From NCBI GenBank assembly GCA_037190965.1, contig JBBCKI010000068.1, positions 1 through 64,000 on the forward strand: DNA of 64,000 bases, read 5' to 3'. A program made the position numbers and the translations under genes. The first letter of the stretch is position 1, and each line of letters begins with the position of its first letter. A model generated the notes under the pieces. The model was given only the letters and a program-made list of their open reading frames with translations, ran no database searches and had not been told where the DNA came from. Below, one piece after another: positions 48,901-57,730 of the stretch. This DNA comes from Chthoniobacteraceae bacterium. Its GTDB lineage: Bacteria; Verrucomicrobiota; Verrucomicrobiia; Chthoniobacterales; Chthoniobacteraceae.

Positions 48901-49069
48901 CGGCATTGTGCTGGTGACCGGCATGATCATCGGGACGATCTTCACGCTTTTCGTGGTGCCGACAATTTATGTCGTCATCGCACGGGACCGTGGCGGGAAG
49001 AAGACGCGGATGGAGGAAGAGAGAGTGGAGAGCAAGGAGACGCCGGTGTTGGAACCGGCCACGGCGTAG
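45977..49069 (+). CDS. RND efflux permease (AcrB/MexW-like)
   Basis: FIRRPV, GLVVDDAIVVVENV, KNGILIVEFAN and RLRPILMTT. Confidence 0.96.
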   Translation: MNFTDLFIRRPVVATVVSLLILLAGFQSYRLLNVRQYPRSDIAVITVKTAYVGANADLVRGFITTPLERVISSADGIDFVESTSAQSLSTISVHLKLNYDTNAALTQIQAKVAQVRNQLPPEAESPVIELETTDNQFASMYLSFYSKELDQNQITDYLTRVVQPKLSAVSGVQRADILGARTFAMRIWLKSDRLAALNVSPSEVRAALASNNYLSAVGATKGSMISVNLIANTDLRSPEEFRELVVRERDGVIVRLKDVAEVNLGAESYNDDVRFSGQKATFMGIWVLPTANSLDVIKAVRAELPAIEKQLPSGMNVGVGYDATEYINDALHEVIRTLSETLIIVVIVIFFFLGSLRTVLIPVVAIPISLVGALFLMLLFGFTINLLTLLAIVLAVGLVVDDAIVVVENVERYLQLGHAPFEAALKAARELFGPLVAMTITLAAVYAPIGLQGGLTGTLFREFAFTLAGAVAVSGVVALTLSPMMSSVLLRSGDSHRGYAGWINHRFDALRRLYRRILANTLNYRPVTITLAVIIILLSAPFFMFSQKELAPKEDQGFVMAILQASPNSTIDQTVLYSEQVYEVFKTIPEMGNAFQLTSPGGGFGGLVTKPWSQRTRSTEEINGELFGKVSGIGGVRVITTTPSPLPGGSNFPVEIAIVSTAEPAQLLEFANQLVQTAYKTGLFMYADTDLKFDQPQTEIVFDRDKVASLGLNLQKVGADLGTLLGGNYVNWFNIQGRSYKVIPQITRTERLNTDQLNDYYVSGPDGKLVALSTFATLKTSVEPRSLNRFQQLNSARIQGVIPPGVSLDMALSKLEEEAAKILPKGFTLDYAGESRQLRLEGNSFYGTMALSLILIFLVLAAQFESFRDPFIILAGSVPLALSGALFFTFFGFTSLNIYSQVGLITLVGLIAKNGILIVEFANHLQESGLSKLHAVIEAAATRLRPILMTTVATVVGHFPLVLASGPGAGSRNSIGIVLVTGMIIGTIFTLFVVPTIYVVIARDRGGKKTRMEEERVESKETPVLEPATA

Positions 49070-49100
49070 AGCCCGAAAAGAGTGGGCCTGCGGCCGTGAC

Positions 49101-49216
49101 GGCGTCGTGGAACTCCGCCCTCCGACGATCGCGCGGCAAGCGCGCGCAGGACGAGGGTGGGGGAAACTGCGGCGCGAAATGCCCCCTCCTGACGGAGGGC
49201 GCAGCTCTGCGACGCC
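49101..49216. repeat. REP doublet, family D, copy 2
   Basis: GGCGTCGTGGAACTCCGCCCTCCG ... CGGAGGGCGCAGCTCTGCGACGCC between convergent genes. Confidence 0.8.
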
Positions 49217-49234
49217 GCAGATATACGACGCTGA

Positions 49235-50335
49235 TTAATCCCGCACCGCGCCCGCCGAGTTCCCCAATGCGGACTCTTCTTCGGGCAGGAATACCTTGAA
49301 GCGGTTCTTGTCGATCGCCTTCATGTATGCCTCGTGCGGGGAGACCATGCCCTGTTGCATGACGTGCCAGATGGCGTCGTCCATGAACTGCATCCCCTGG
49401 CCTTTGCCGCCGACGATCACGTCCTGAAGCTTCTGCGTCGCGCCTTCACGGATGATGGCGGAGACAGCGCTGTTGGCGACGAGGATTTCGTTGACCGCCA
49501 AGCGCCCCGGTTTGTCGCTGCGCTTGAGGAGAAGCTGGGCCACGACACCGCGCAACGAGGAGGAGATCATCGTGCGAACCTGCGCCTGCTGGTCGGATGG
49601 AAACACGTCAATGAGACGATCGATCGTCTTGCGGGCATTGTTGGTGTGCAGCGTGCCGAAAACGAGGAGGCCGGTTTCTGCGGCGGTCAGCGCGAGGGAG
49701 ATCGTCTCCAGGTCGCGCATTTCACCCACGAGCACGATGTCGGCGTCCTCACGCAGGGCGGCTTTGAGGCCAACCGGGAAGGAGGAGGCGTGCTCCGGCA
49801 CTTCGCGCTGGGTGATGATGCTTTTCTTGTTGTTGTGAACGAACTCGATCGGCTCCTCGATGGTGATGATGTGGCGGGCGTAGTTCGTGTTGATGTAATC
49901 CATCAACGCGGCCAGCGTGGTGCTCTTGCCCGAGCCGGTGGGGCCGGTGACGAGAACGAGCCCGCCGCGCAGCTTGCCGAATTCCTTGACCACCTCGGGA
50001 ATGCCGAGTTGCTCAAGCGTGAGGATCTTTGTGGGAATGAGACGGAAAACCGCTCCATAGCCGTTCGTCTGCTTCAGGAAGTTGCAGCGGAAGCGGGATT
50101 CCTCGTTCATCTCGTAGGCGAAGTCGAGGTCGCCGCGCTCCTCGTATTGCGCCCAGCGTTCCGGTCCCGCAATTTCGCTCAACATGTAAGCGGCCTCTTC
50201 GTGCGTGATGACTTCGTTCCGGATCGGAACGATATCGCCGTGACGCCGAATCTTGGGGGGCTGGCCTTCCCCGAGGTGAAGGTCGGAAGCTCCGGCCTGG
50301 ATGAGAACTTCAAAAAACTGATCGATGTAAGCCAT
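49235..50335 (-). CDS. pilT: Type IV pilus retraction ATPase PilT
   Basis: ASDLHL, GPTGSGKSTT, IEEPIE, LVGEMRDLET and GTLHT. Confidence 0.92.
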   Translation of the reverse strand: MAYIDQFFEVLIQAGASDLHLGEGQPPKIRRHGDIVPIRNEVITHEEAAYMLSEIAGPERWAQYEERGDLDFAYEMNEESRFRCNFLKQTNGYGAVFRLIPTKILTLEQLGIPEVVKEFGKLRGGLVLVTGPTGSGKSTTLAALMDYINTNYARHIITIEEPIEFVHNNKKSIITQREVPEHASSFPVGLKAALREDADIVLVGEMRDLETISLALTAAETGLLVFGTLHTNNARKTIDRLIDVFPSDQQAQVRTMISSSLRGVVAQLLLKRSDKPGRLAVNEILVANSAVSAIIREGATQKLQDVIVGGKGQGMQFMDDAIWHVMQQGMVSPHEAYMKAIDKNRFKVFLPEEESALGNSAGAVRD

Positions 50336-50359
50336 GGATGCGAAAGGGAGAAGGAAGGG

Positions 50360-51478
50360 CTATTGGCGCAGGCAGTGTTGCCGCATGAGCTGCTTCTGCT
50401 CCGCGCGGGCAATGGCTTCTTCTGACGTGATAAGCTTCTGGTCGTAAAGCTCCATGAGGGAGTCGTCCATCAGTTTCATGCCGAGTTTGCGCCCGGTCTG
50501 GATGATGCCCGGGAGCATGAAGGTCTTGCCTTCGCGGATGACGTTCGCGACGGCGGGTGTGTTGACGAGAACCTCCATCGCCAGGCAACGGCCCGAGCCG
50601 TCGGCCTTCGGGACGAGCTGTTGGGAGACGACGCCCCGCAGCGATTCGCTCACCATGATGCGGATCTGTTCCCGTTGATCGGTGGGAAACACGTCCAGCA
50701 CGCGATCGAGCGTCCGGGAGGCGTTGCCCGTGTGGAGTGTGCCAAGCACAAGGTGACCCGTCTCCGCGGCGGTGATGGCCAGCTGGATCGTCTCAAGATC
50801 GCGCATTTCACCGACCATGATGACGTCGGGGTCTTCACGCAGCGCGCCGCGCAGCGCGGCGGCGAAGGAGCGGGTGTGCGTATGCACCTCACGCTGGGTG
50901 ACGTGGCAACCGTTGGAGTGAAAGACGTACTCGATCGGGTCTTCGAGCGTGATGATGTGGTCATGTCGCGTGCGGTTGACCTCGTCCACCAGCGCGGCCA
51001 ACGTGGTCGATTTACCGCTGCCGACGGAGCCGGTTACCAGCACCAGCCCGTTGTGATATTGGGTGAGGAGCTTGAGGGTATCAGGCAGGCAAAGCTCGTC
51101 CATCGACCGGATCTTGGTATTGATGATCCGGAACACCATGTCGAACCCGAGCCGGTGCCGGACGACGCTGGTCCGGAAACGCCCGAAGGAGTTCGCGTAC
51201 GCGAAATCGACGTCGCCTTGGTTGTGAAGTTGATGTTTCTGCTCTTCGGTAAGGAAGCCCATCGTCAGCCGCTCCGTGTCGGCGGCGGTGAGAAGGGGGG
51301 CCTGAAGCCAGATCGGTTCCAGCGTGCCGTTGCGCCTCCAGATGGGGAGAGAATTAACACCCAAGTGAATATCCGACGCATTCGATTCCTGGCCGACCCT
51401 TAGGTAATGGTCGACGTGTTCGAGTGTCTGCGTGACGGGTTCGCCCGGGGAGGGAGTCTTGGGGAGAATGTCTGACAT
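50360..51478 (-). CDS. pilT: Second PilT/PilU-family ATPase
   Basis: ASDIHL, GSVGSGKSTT, LEDPIE, REDPDVIMVGEMRD and ETGHLVLGTLHT. Confidence 0.9.
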   Translation of the reverse strand: MSDILPKTPSPGEPVTQTLEHVDHYLRVGQESNASDIHLGVNSLPIWRRNGTLEPIWLQAPLLTAADTERLTMGFLTEEQKHQLHNQGDVDFAYANSFGRFRTSVVRHRLGFDMVFRIINTKIRSMDELCLPDTLKLLTQYHNGLVLVTGSVGSGKSTTLAALVDEVNRTRHDHIITLEDPIEYVFHSNGCHVTQREVHTHTRSFAAALRGALREDPDVIMVGEMRDLETIQLAITAAETGHLVLGTLHTGNASRTLDRVLDVFPTDQREQIRIMVSESLRGVVSQQLVPKADGSGRCLAMEVLVNTPAVANVIREGKTFMLPGIIQTGRKLGMKLMDDSLMELYDQKLITSEEAIARAEQKQLMRQHCLRQ

Positions 51479-51592
51479 TTTGCTGCCGAGAGAACCGACT
51501 ACAGCCCGGCAGCAAAATCAATCAAAATCAAGCGTACGAGCCCTGCGATTTTCAATAAATGAGGGATTGCGGTAATGTTGTGGGTCTTCCTG

Positions 51593-52018
51593 TCAGTACC
51601 TGGAAGCACGGCGTGGCGGCTCCGGCTGATGATCGCGGGTTGCGAACTCTGTCAGCTTGTGGGTCAGGAAGGAGGTCACCGCCGGTTTGAGGAGCGTTCC
51701 CGCCAGCCCGAGCAGTGCCAGCAGCCATCCGCTGCGCTTGGCTTCCTTCGGTTCGGGCATGAAGCGCGATAAAAGCGTCTGGGGCTTCTCCTTCGGCTCT
51801 TTTAACCGGCCGGGGATCCGCGACAGAAGCCAGCCCGTCACGGCGGCTCCGGTGAACCAGAGCGTTTTCTGCCTTAAAATGGCGTGTTTGACGTGCGAGC
51901 CTACGTCGAGCCCCTGCCGGACGCCGCGCATGTCCCGGGCGAGACCCGCCCGGGAGCGTTCCAGTTCGGCGATCAGTTGCGATTTCCGCTCTTCGTCTCT
52001 TTGGGACTGCTCAGCCAT
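51593..52018 (-). CDS. YqjK-like small membrane-associated protein
   Basis: RK..LIAELERSR..L helix plus hydrophobic segments; third gene of a yqjD/E/K-like cluster. Confidence 0.65.
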   Translation of the reverse strand: MAEQSQRDEERKSQLIAELERSRAGLARDMRGVRQGLDVGSHVKHAILRQKTLWFTGAAVTGWLLSRIPGRLKEPKEKPQTLLSRFMPEPKEAKRSGWLLALLGLAGTLLKPAVTSFLTHKLTEFATRDHQPEPPRRASRY

Positions 52019-52428
52019 TCCTGGTCCTTTTTGAATTCATTCAACGTTGCGGTGAATACCGGTTTGCCCCATTTCGCCTTCGCTCCCCAGAGGCATCCTG
52101 CGGTGCCGATGAGGTGCAGCACTCCGACGGCAAGGGTGATCCACCCCCAGTGCACCGCCGCGAAATGGGCGATGACCGCGATCAGCCCGATCCAGAGGAA
52201 AATGTAGCCGAAGAGCAGCAGCGCGATGGCTCCCGCCACAAAGGCGAAGACCTTGCCGTAGGCGACCACCGCCTCCTTGCCTTCGAGGCCGGCCAGTTCG
52301 AGCCGGGCGCGAAAGTACCCGGCGGCAGAAGCCAGCAACGAGAGCAGATGCTCCGGCAGGCCGGTGTCAGCCGCGGTCCGCTCTTCGGGCGGCTGCGTTT
52401 TCCAGATCATGTTCAAAGTTTGCCGCAT
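51973..52428 (-). CDS. Phage-holin-family (YqjE-like) membrane protein
   Basis: ARLELAGLE.KE, two TM helices and F.ATLNEFKKDQEWL. Confidence 0.85.
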   Translation of the reverse strand: MRQTLNMIWKTQPPEERTAADTGLPEHLLSLLASAAGYFRARLELAGLEGKEAVVAYGKVFAFVAGAIALLLFGYIFLWIGLIAVIAHFAAVHWGWITLAVGVLHLIGTAGCLWGAKAKWGKPVFTATLNEFKKDQEWLSSPKETKSGNRN

Positions 52429-52482
52429 TGGAGCCTTTCATCCCGGGGGATGAGTAGGTCAACGCGGAGCTGGGGGATCGCC

Positions 52483-52773
52483 TTAGCGGCGGATGAGAAG
52501 GCCGAGGACGAAACCGATACCCAGCGCCGTCAGCACGCCGCGAAGCGGGTTCTCGCGGACATAGTGTTCTCCTTCCTCCTGCCAGGAACGGGCGCGGGTG
52601 CGGGCCTGCTGGTAGGCCTGTTCGGCGCGGCCACGGAGCTCGTGCGCCTTTGCTTCGGCGGCAGAGCGGATGTCTTCGGCGGCCTGCTTGGCGTGTGTCT
52701 TACCGCTTTCGAACTTACTGGCGGCTTCCTGTTGCTCCTTGGATGTCGTGGGATCGCTGGTTGTCTCGTTCAT
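52483..52773 (-). CDS. DUF883/ElaB/YqjD-family protein
   Basis: YVRENPLRGVLTALGIGFVLGLLIRR C-terminus. Confidence 0.9.
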   Translation of the reverse strand: MNETTSDPTTSKEQQEAASKFESGKTHAKQAAEDIRSAAEAKAHELRGRAEQAYQQARTRARSWQEEGEHYVRENPLRGVLTALGIGFVLGLLIRR

Positions 52774-52935
52774 AAGTCTATTATCGGTTGGTTGAATTAA
52801 TAAACGGCATTCAAAGCCGGGTGGCAAGGGTCAAGGATTGCAGGGCTCATTGTCATTCCCCCGCGATTTCCTCTTAAAACGCGTCATCTGCCGTATTCGC
52901 GCGTTTCATGCGGCCTCAGAACCCTTGTTTTCCAG

Positions 52936-53154
52936 CTATTTTTCCCGAAAAACGATCCGGGCTTTACTCAAATCGTACGGAGAGAGCTCCAGCGTCACTT
53001 TGTCTCCGGGGACAATGCGGATAAAATTTTTTCGCATTTTGCCGGAGATATGCGCCAGCACATCATTGCCGTTGGGAAGCTGAACACGGAACATGGTTCC
53101 TGGCAGCACGTCCCTCACGGTGCCCTCCGTCTGAATCCCATCTTCTTTCGGCAT
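52936..53154 (-). CDS. infA: Translation initiation factor IF-1
   Basis: [30 protein letters not shown]. Confidence 0.98.
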   Translation of the reverse strand: MPKEDGIQTEGTVRDVLPGTMFRVQLPNGNDVLAHISGKMRKNFIRIVPGDKVTLELSPYDLSKARIVFREK

Positions 53155-53231
53155 GGTTCTGTATCATGCCGGGTTAAACCGGGGAGTTCAACCTGAAAAG
53201 GGGGGCGTTGCCGCACCGGTAGTCCGACCTT

Positions 53232-53891
53232 TTACCCCCGTGCCGTTTTCATCGCCGCGACATACGCTGCTGCGGCGGTCGTCAATGCCTCCCAATCCCG
53301 ACGCTCGAGGATCGCCTTGCTCACCAATCCGGAGCCCACCCCCAGCGCGACGCAGCCTGCCTTGATGAAACTCCCGACCGTCTCCGGCATGACGCCGCCC
53401 GTCGGGATGATCGGGAGCTGCGGCATGGGGGCCAGCAGGTTTTTGATGTATTGCGGTCCCAGCGCGTCGGCGGGGAAGATTTTGATGAAGTCCGCCCCAC
53501 ACTCATAGGCCGCGAGCGCTTCGGTTGGTGTGTACGCCCCACAGATTACCGGCTTGCCGTAGCGGTTTCCCATTCGGATCACCTCGGGGCGAAGCACCGG
53601 TGTGACGATAAACTCCGCCCCCGCCAGTAACGCCCCACGGCAGGTCTCGGCGTCGAGCACGCTTCCGACGCCGATCAGCACCCGCCCCGTGAATTCGCGG
53701 GCAATCCCGGAGATCGCCCCGAGCGCGTCGGGTGTTGTCATCGTCACCTCCATCGCGGTCACGCCGCCCTCAAGCAGCGCCTTGGCGGCGCAGACGAGGC
53801 AGTCCGGGCTATCGGCGCGCATGATCGCGACGATGCCGGGGTTTACAATACGGTTGAGGAGATCGAGCTTCATCATGGTTGCATCAAACAT
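53232..53891 (-). CDS. eda: KDPG/KHG aldolase (start may be 53876)
   Basis: EVTMTTP, IGVGSVLD, GAEFIVTP, TPTE, KIFPA and PTGGV. Confidence 0.92.
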   Translation of the reverse strand: MFDATMMKLDLLNRIVNPGIVAIMRADSPDCLVCAAKALLEGGVTAMEVTMTTPDALGAISGIAREFTGRVLIGVGSVLDAETCRGALLAGAEFIVTPVLRPEVIRMGNRYGKPVICGAYTPTEALAAYECGADFIKIFPADALGPQYIKNLLAPMPQLPIIPTGGVMPETVGSFIKAGCVALGVGSGLVSKAILERRDWEALTTAAAAYVAAMKTARG

Positions 53892-55170
53892 TCCAGACGC
53901 TCTTGCCGCCCACGATCGTCCGCACCGCGCGGCCTTTCAGTTCCCAGCCGTGGAAGGGCGTGTTGCGGGAGCGGGAGAGCGACGCGTTTTTGTCGACGGT
54001 CCACTCCAGCCCCGGGTCGATGATGGTTACGTCGGCGACGGCTCCAAGGGAAAGCGTGCCACGGTCGAGCTTGAGCAATTGCGCCGGGTTGATGGTGTAG
54101 AGTTCGATGAGCCGCGAGAGGGAAATCGCTTTGCGCTTGTGGACGAGGATGTCGAGGAAGAGCGCCAATTCCGTCTCCAACCCGAGAATCCCGAAGGGAG
54201 CCTGATCGAACTCGCGCTCCTTCTCGAAGTCGCAGTGCGGGGCGTGATCGCTGGCCAGAATCGTGATCGTGCCGTCGGCGATGCCTTCGATGAGTTCCTC
54301 CACGTCGCGCTCTGTCCGCAAGGGCGGATTCATTTTGAAATTGGTGTCGAACGAGCGGATCGACTCGTCGGTCAACGCGATGTGGTGAGGGCAGACTTCG
54401 CCCGTCAGCGGAATGCCTCGCGAGCGGGCCTCGCGCAGGATGCGGATGCTTCCGCCTGCGGAGAGGTGCTGGCAGTGGATCGGCGTGCCGCAGAGTTCGG
54501 CAAGCTGCGCGTTGCGCTGCACGATGATCTCTTCGCCCAGCGACGGCCAGCCGGGCAAGCCTAGCACGGTGCTCCAGTACCCTTCATGCATGACGCCTTT
54601 GCCGACGAGGTTGTAGTCCTGGCAGTGGTCCATCACCGGAAGGTCGAACATCTTCGCGTACTCCAGGGCGCGGCGCATCATCTCGTGGCTTTGAATGCAA
54701 TGACCGTCGTCGGTCAGCGCAACGATCCCCGCCTTCGCCATGGCGCCAATGGGTGCAAGTTCCTCGCCCGCGATCCCTTTGGTAATCGCGCCGGTTGCAT
54801 AGACATTGACGCACGACTCCGCCGTCGCCTTGTCTTTCACCCAGCCCACGACACTGGCGTTGTCGATGGATGGGTTGGTGTTAGGCATGCAGACAACGCT
54901 GGTGAATCCGCCCGCCGCCGCCGCGCGCGCACCCGTGGCAATGGTCTCCTTGGCCGATTGCCCCGGCTCGCGCAGATGGACATGGATATCGATCAACCCT
55001 GGCGCGACGACGAGTCCCGTGCAGTCGATTTCATCATAGGGTGCACCTTCGGCGTCGAGGGCGGAACGTTCGACAATGCGGCCATTGAGAATGGCGAGAT
55101 CGGCGATTTCGTCACGGCGATTGGCCGGGTCGATCACGCGGCCGTTGCGGAGGAGAGTGGGGTTGGTCAT
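53884..55170 (-). CDS. pyrC: Dihydroorotase
   Basis: DIHVHLREPG, GGFT.V.CMPNT, KMNPPLR and SDHAPH. Confidence 0.95.
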   Translation of the reverse strand: MTNPTLLRNGRVIDPANRRDEIADLAILNGRIVERSALDAEGAPYDEIDCTGLVVAPGLIDIHVHLREPGQSAKETIATGARAAAAGGFTSVVCMPNTNPSIDNASVVGWVKDKATAESCVNVYATGAITKGIAGEELAPIGAMAKAGIVALTDDGHCIQSHEMMRRALEYAKMFDLPVMDHCQDYNLVGKGVMHEGYWSTVLGLPGWPSLGEEIIVQRNAQLAELCGTPIHCQHLSAGGSIRILREARSRGIPLTGEVCPHHIALTDESIRSFDTNFKMNPPLRTERDVEELIEGIADGTITILASDHAPHCDFEKEREFDQAPFGILGLETELALFLDILVHKRKAISLSRLIELYTINPAQLLKLDRGTLSLGAVADVTIIDPGLEWTVDKNASLSRSRNTPFHGWELKGRAVRTIVGGKSVWNV

Positions 55171-56012
55171 GAGTCAGTAAGAGTTTTACGAAGGCGGAGG
55201 CGGATGACTAGCAATGTGAGGGCGGAAAAGAGGATGCCGGAGAGGAGTAGGAGGAAGGCTTCGAAGTTCAGGAGTTCGACCCGGGCAAAATGAATGAAAA
55301 AGGTCGGTTTGAGGATCGCGTAGAGTCGAACGATCGCGCCTGCAACTCCCACGAGGAGAGGGAATGGGGTCCACCAGGAATGATGGGAAGCGATCCATCG
55401 GAGGGGGAGCGCCGCGGTGCTCACCGTCAGGAACAGCATCGTCATGAAACATCCCCAGAAAAGCGGGTTGGCTTCAATCCAGAGGAGTTTGAGGAGGGTG
55501 TTATTGGGATCGAGAAAATATTTTTCGACAAGAAATTCGGGGGCAAAAAGCGCCCTGCCAGAAAGCCCGCCAGCTAAAACGGATGGGCAAGAGAAGCTCA
55601 AGTTCCATCCGAAAAGTAGAAGCCAAAAGCGGCGCAGAAGTGCTGCGCTCCGGGACGCTGGCGCAAGGAGTTTCCCCTCGTTCCCAATCTCCAGATTGGG
55701 AACGCACTTGTCTGCGAATCTCTGATTCGTACGCCTCCGGGCTAAGAAACGCGCGAGCTTATCGTTGAGCCTTTGCAAAGGCTGCTTGTGAGAGGTGCGG
55801 TTTCGAAACTGGGGTTTCGGGGACACTGGCATTCCCAATCTGGAGATTGGGAACGAGGAAAAGGCCCCCCTCAATAGGGCTGGCAGCGGGATCAATATTC
55901 CCAATCGGTTCACCAGAGTTTGGCGGGGAATGAACATACAGCCGATGGGTGCAAGGATCATCAGATAACCGACCCATGTCACGGGGGCGGGTTGGAGGAG
56001 AAGAGATGACAT
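55167..56012 (-). CDS. Hypothetical multi-pass membrane protein containing an in-frame REPIN
   Basis: Hydrophobic helices on both sides of a 61-aa polar insert; stop overlaps the pyrC ATG (ATGA). Confidence 0.6.
   Translation of the reverse strand: MSSLLLQPAPVTWVGYLMILAPIGCMFIPRQTLVNRLGILIPLPALLRGAFSSFPISRLGMPVSPKPQFRNRTSHKQPLQRLNDKLARFLARRRTNQRFADKCVPNLEIGNEGKLLAPASRSAALLRRFWLLLFGWNLSFSCPSVLAGGLSGRALFAPEFLVEKYFLDPNNTLLKLLWIEANPLFWGCFMTMLFLTVSTAALPLRWIASHHSWWTPFPLLVGVAGAIVRLYAILKPTFFIHFARVELLNFEAFLLLLSGILFSALTLLVIRLRLRKTLTDS
55676..55858. repeat. Family C REP doublet (183 bp) inside a CDS
   Basis: CCTCGTTCCCAATCTCCAGATTGGGAACG ... CATTCCCAATCTGGAGATTGGGAACGAGG. Confidence 0.88.
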
Positions 56013-56022
56013 GCGAAAAGGG

Positions 56023-57033
56023 CTAGGGTGTTGGAAGTTCCTGTGCCGATGAAGATCGCTTTTTAAGTTTCTGGACACTGATCACGCTTTTCAGAGGGAT
56101 CACTTTGAGTTCGAAGCTGTGGGGGGAAATGAAGTGGGGAGTGGCTCGAAAACGCCCTCGGATTTCGTTGGAGTCCACGCCGGTGATCATGCCATGCACG
56201 ACTTGCCATTCCGCTTCGCGGGATGTGGAACCGTGTGTGATCCTTACTTCGGAACCGATAAGCGCATGAAAGGGAGCGAGGTTCGGAGATTTTGAATCGA
56301 TTTCCGCGAGGACGATTGCTCCGTCCGCGATCCATGAGGATGAATCCACACTTCGATCGGCGTTCACAAAGATTGTCGATTCGGGCGAGTCCCCCGATTT
56401 GCCTGAGTGAAATGTGATTGTGAATTGTGGACGTCCGAACCACGGGCTTTCCCGGGTTGCGATGCGGTCTGGAATGATCTGGGCCGCTGGGTGGTGGCTC
56501 AGGAGATAATCGGTGGCTATTTTTAAGGCTTCTTCTTTTAAGAGCGGAGGATTGGTGTCGGATTCCTCCGGAGTCATCTGGCAGATCGCGTAGCCCTCAT
56601 CGAGAAGACCATCTCGCGCGCCTATGTATATCCCATCCTGGGGCGCAGGGTTCAGATAGCAGCGATAGCGTTTCCCCTTTTCAAGGACCACTCGGCAGTC
56701 CATGCCGGAACCTTTTGAGACTCGAACTTTTATCTCGGTGGGTGCTTTTCCTTTGATCGTCGCTAGCACTTTCAGGGTGGCGACGAAGCCGTCCCTGTCG
56801 CGGAAGCTTTCCCCTTTTGTTTCCAACGCAATCGCGTTGCAGATCACCTCAGCCTTCTCCGAAAGCTCATCTGAAGAAAAGTTGCTGGGAGTGTATGCCT
56901 CGACTCGAAGTGCGAAACAGATGAGAAGAATCGTCGACGGAAGGTATGAAAAGCAGCGTAATAGCGCCGCACCCCAAGAGGCTTCGCGCTTAAGGAGCGC
57001 TTCATTTTCTTCACCTGCCATAAACGCCTTCAA
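56023..57033 (-). CDS. Hypothetical protein, probably exported; start uncertain
   Basis: Long ORF; TTG start overlaps the upstream TGA; hydrophobic signal-like stretch; AT-richer codons. Confidence 0.65.
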   Translation of the reverse strand: MKAFMAGEENEALLKREASWGAALLRCFSYLPSTILLICFALRVEAYTPSNFSSDELSEKAEVICNAIALETKGESFRDRDGFVATLKVLATIKGKAPTEIKVRVSKGSGMDCRVVLEKGKRYRCYLNPAPQDGIYIGARDGLLDEGYAICQMTPEESDTNPPLLKEEALKIATDYLLSHHPAAQIIPDRIATRESPWFGRPQFTITFHSGKSGDSPESTIFVNADRSVDSSSWIADGAIVLAEIDSKSPNLAPFHALIGSEVRITHGSTSREAEWQVVHGMITGVDSNEIRGRFRATPHFISPHSFELKVIPLKSVISVQKLKKRSSSAQELPTP

Positions 57034-57725
57034 CTAATCGCCCTCGCGATGACAAACGCCGCCGTGGCCGCAAGACCGCCGATCATCGTGGTCTGGAACG
57101 CGCTGCGCCACGGGTGTGTCCCGGTGAAACGCCCTTTGACGTAGCCGAAGACAAACAGCGCGACGAGGGTGATGGCGGCTGAATAGGTAAGTGCCGTATG
57201 CACATCCTCCATCAGGATATAGGGAACGAGCGGGATGATCCCGCCCACCATGTACGCCCCGGCGATGGCGGCGGCGCTTTTGAGCGCGCGGCGCGGGTCG
57301 GGTTCCTCAAGGCCGAGTTCGAAGCGCATCATGAAATCGACCCACTGCTGCGGCTTCGCCTCCAGTGCTTTGACGATCGGGGCGATCTCCTCTTCGCTTA
57401 AACCATAGCCGCGAAAGACGTCGGCGACTTCCTGCCTTTCGTCCTCGGTCTTGTCGATAATCTCCTGCTCTTCGCGTCGGCGCTCGCTGCGGTAATGCTC
57501 CGCATCGCTCCGCGCGGCGAGATACCCGCCCAAACCCATCGCGATGGAACCGGCGGCGATCTCCGCAAAGCCCGCCGTGACGATCAGGCGCGATGCGGCA
57601 ATCGCGCCGGTCAGCCCCGCCGCAAGCGCGAACGGGACGGTCAATCCATCGGACATGCCGATAACGATGTCGCGCACCAGCGCGCCCGCCGTGAAATGCT
57701 TTTCGATGTGAGGCGTCGCGGGCAT
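57030..57725 (-). CDS. VIT1/CCC1-family iron/manganese transporter
   Basis: RDIVIGMSDGLTVPFALAAG, AEIAAGSIAMGLGGYLA and FMMRFELGL. Confidence 0.93.
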   Translation of the reverse strand: MPATPHIEKHFTAGALVRDIVIGMSDGLTVPFALAAGLTGAIAASRLIVTAGFAEIAAGSIAMGLGGYLAARSDAEHYRSERRREEQEIIDKTEDERQEVADVFRGYGLSEEEIAPIVKALEAKPQQWVDFMMRFELGLEEPDPRRALKSAAAIAGAYMVGGIIPLVPYILMEDVHTALTYSAAITLVALFVFGYVKGRFTGTHPWRSAFQTTMIGGLAATAAFVIARAIS

Positions 57726-57730
57726 GACGG

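Noticed and set aside
51973..52428. Holin-family gene as a sign of a prophage
   Set aside because: It is part of the ordinary yqjD/E/K-like chromosomal cluster; no phage genes are present.
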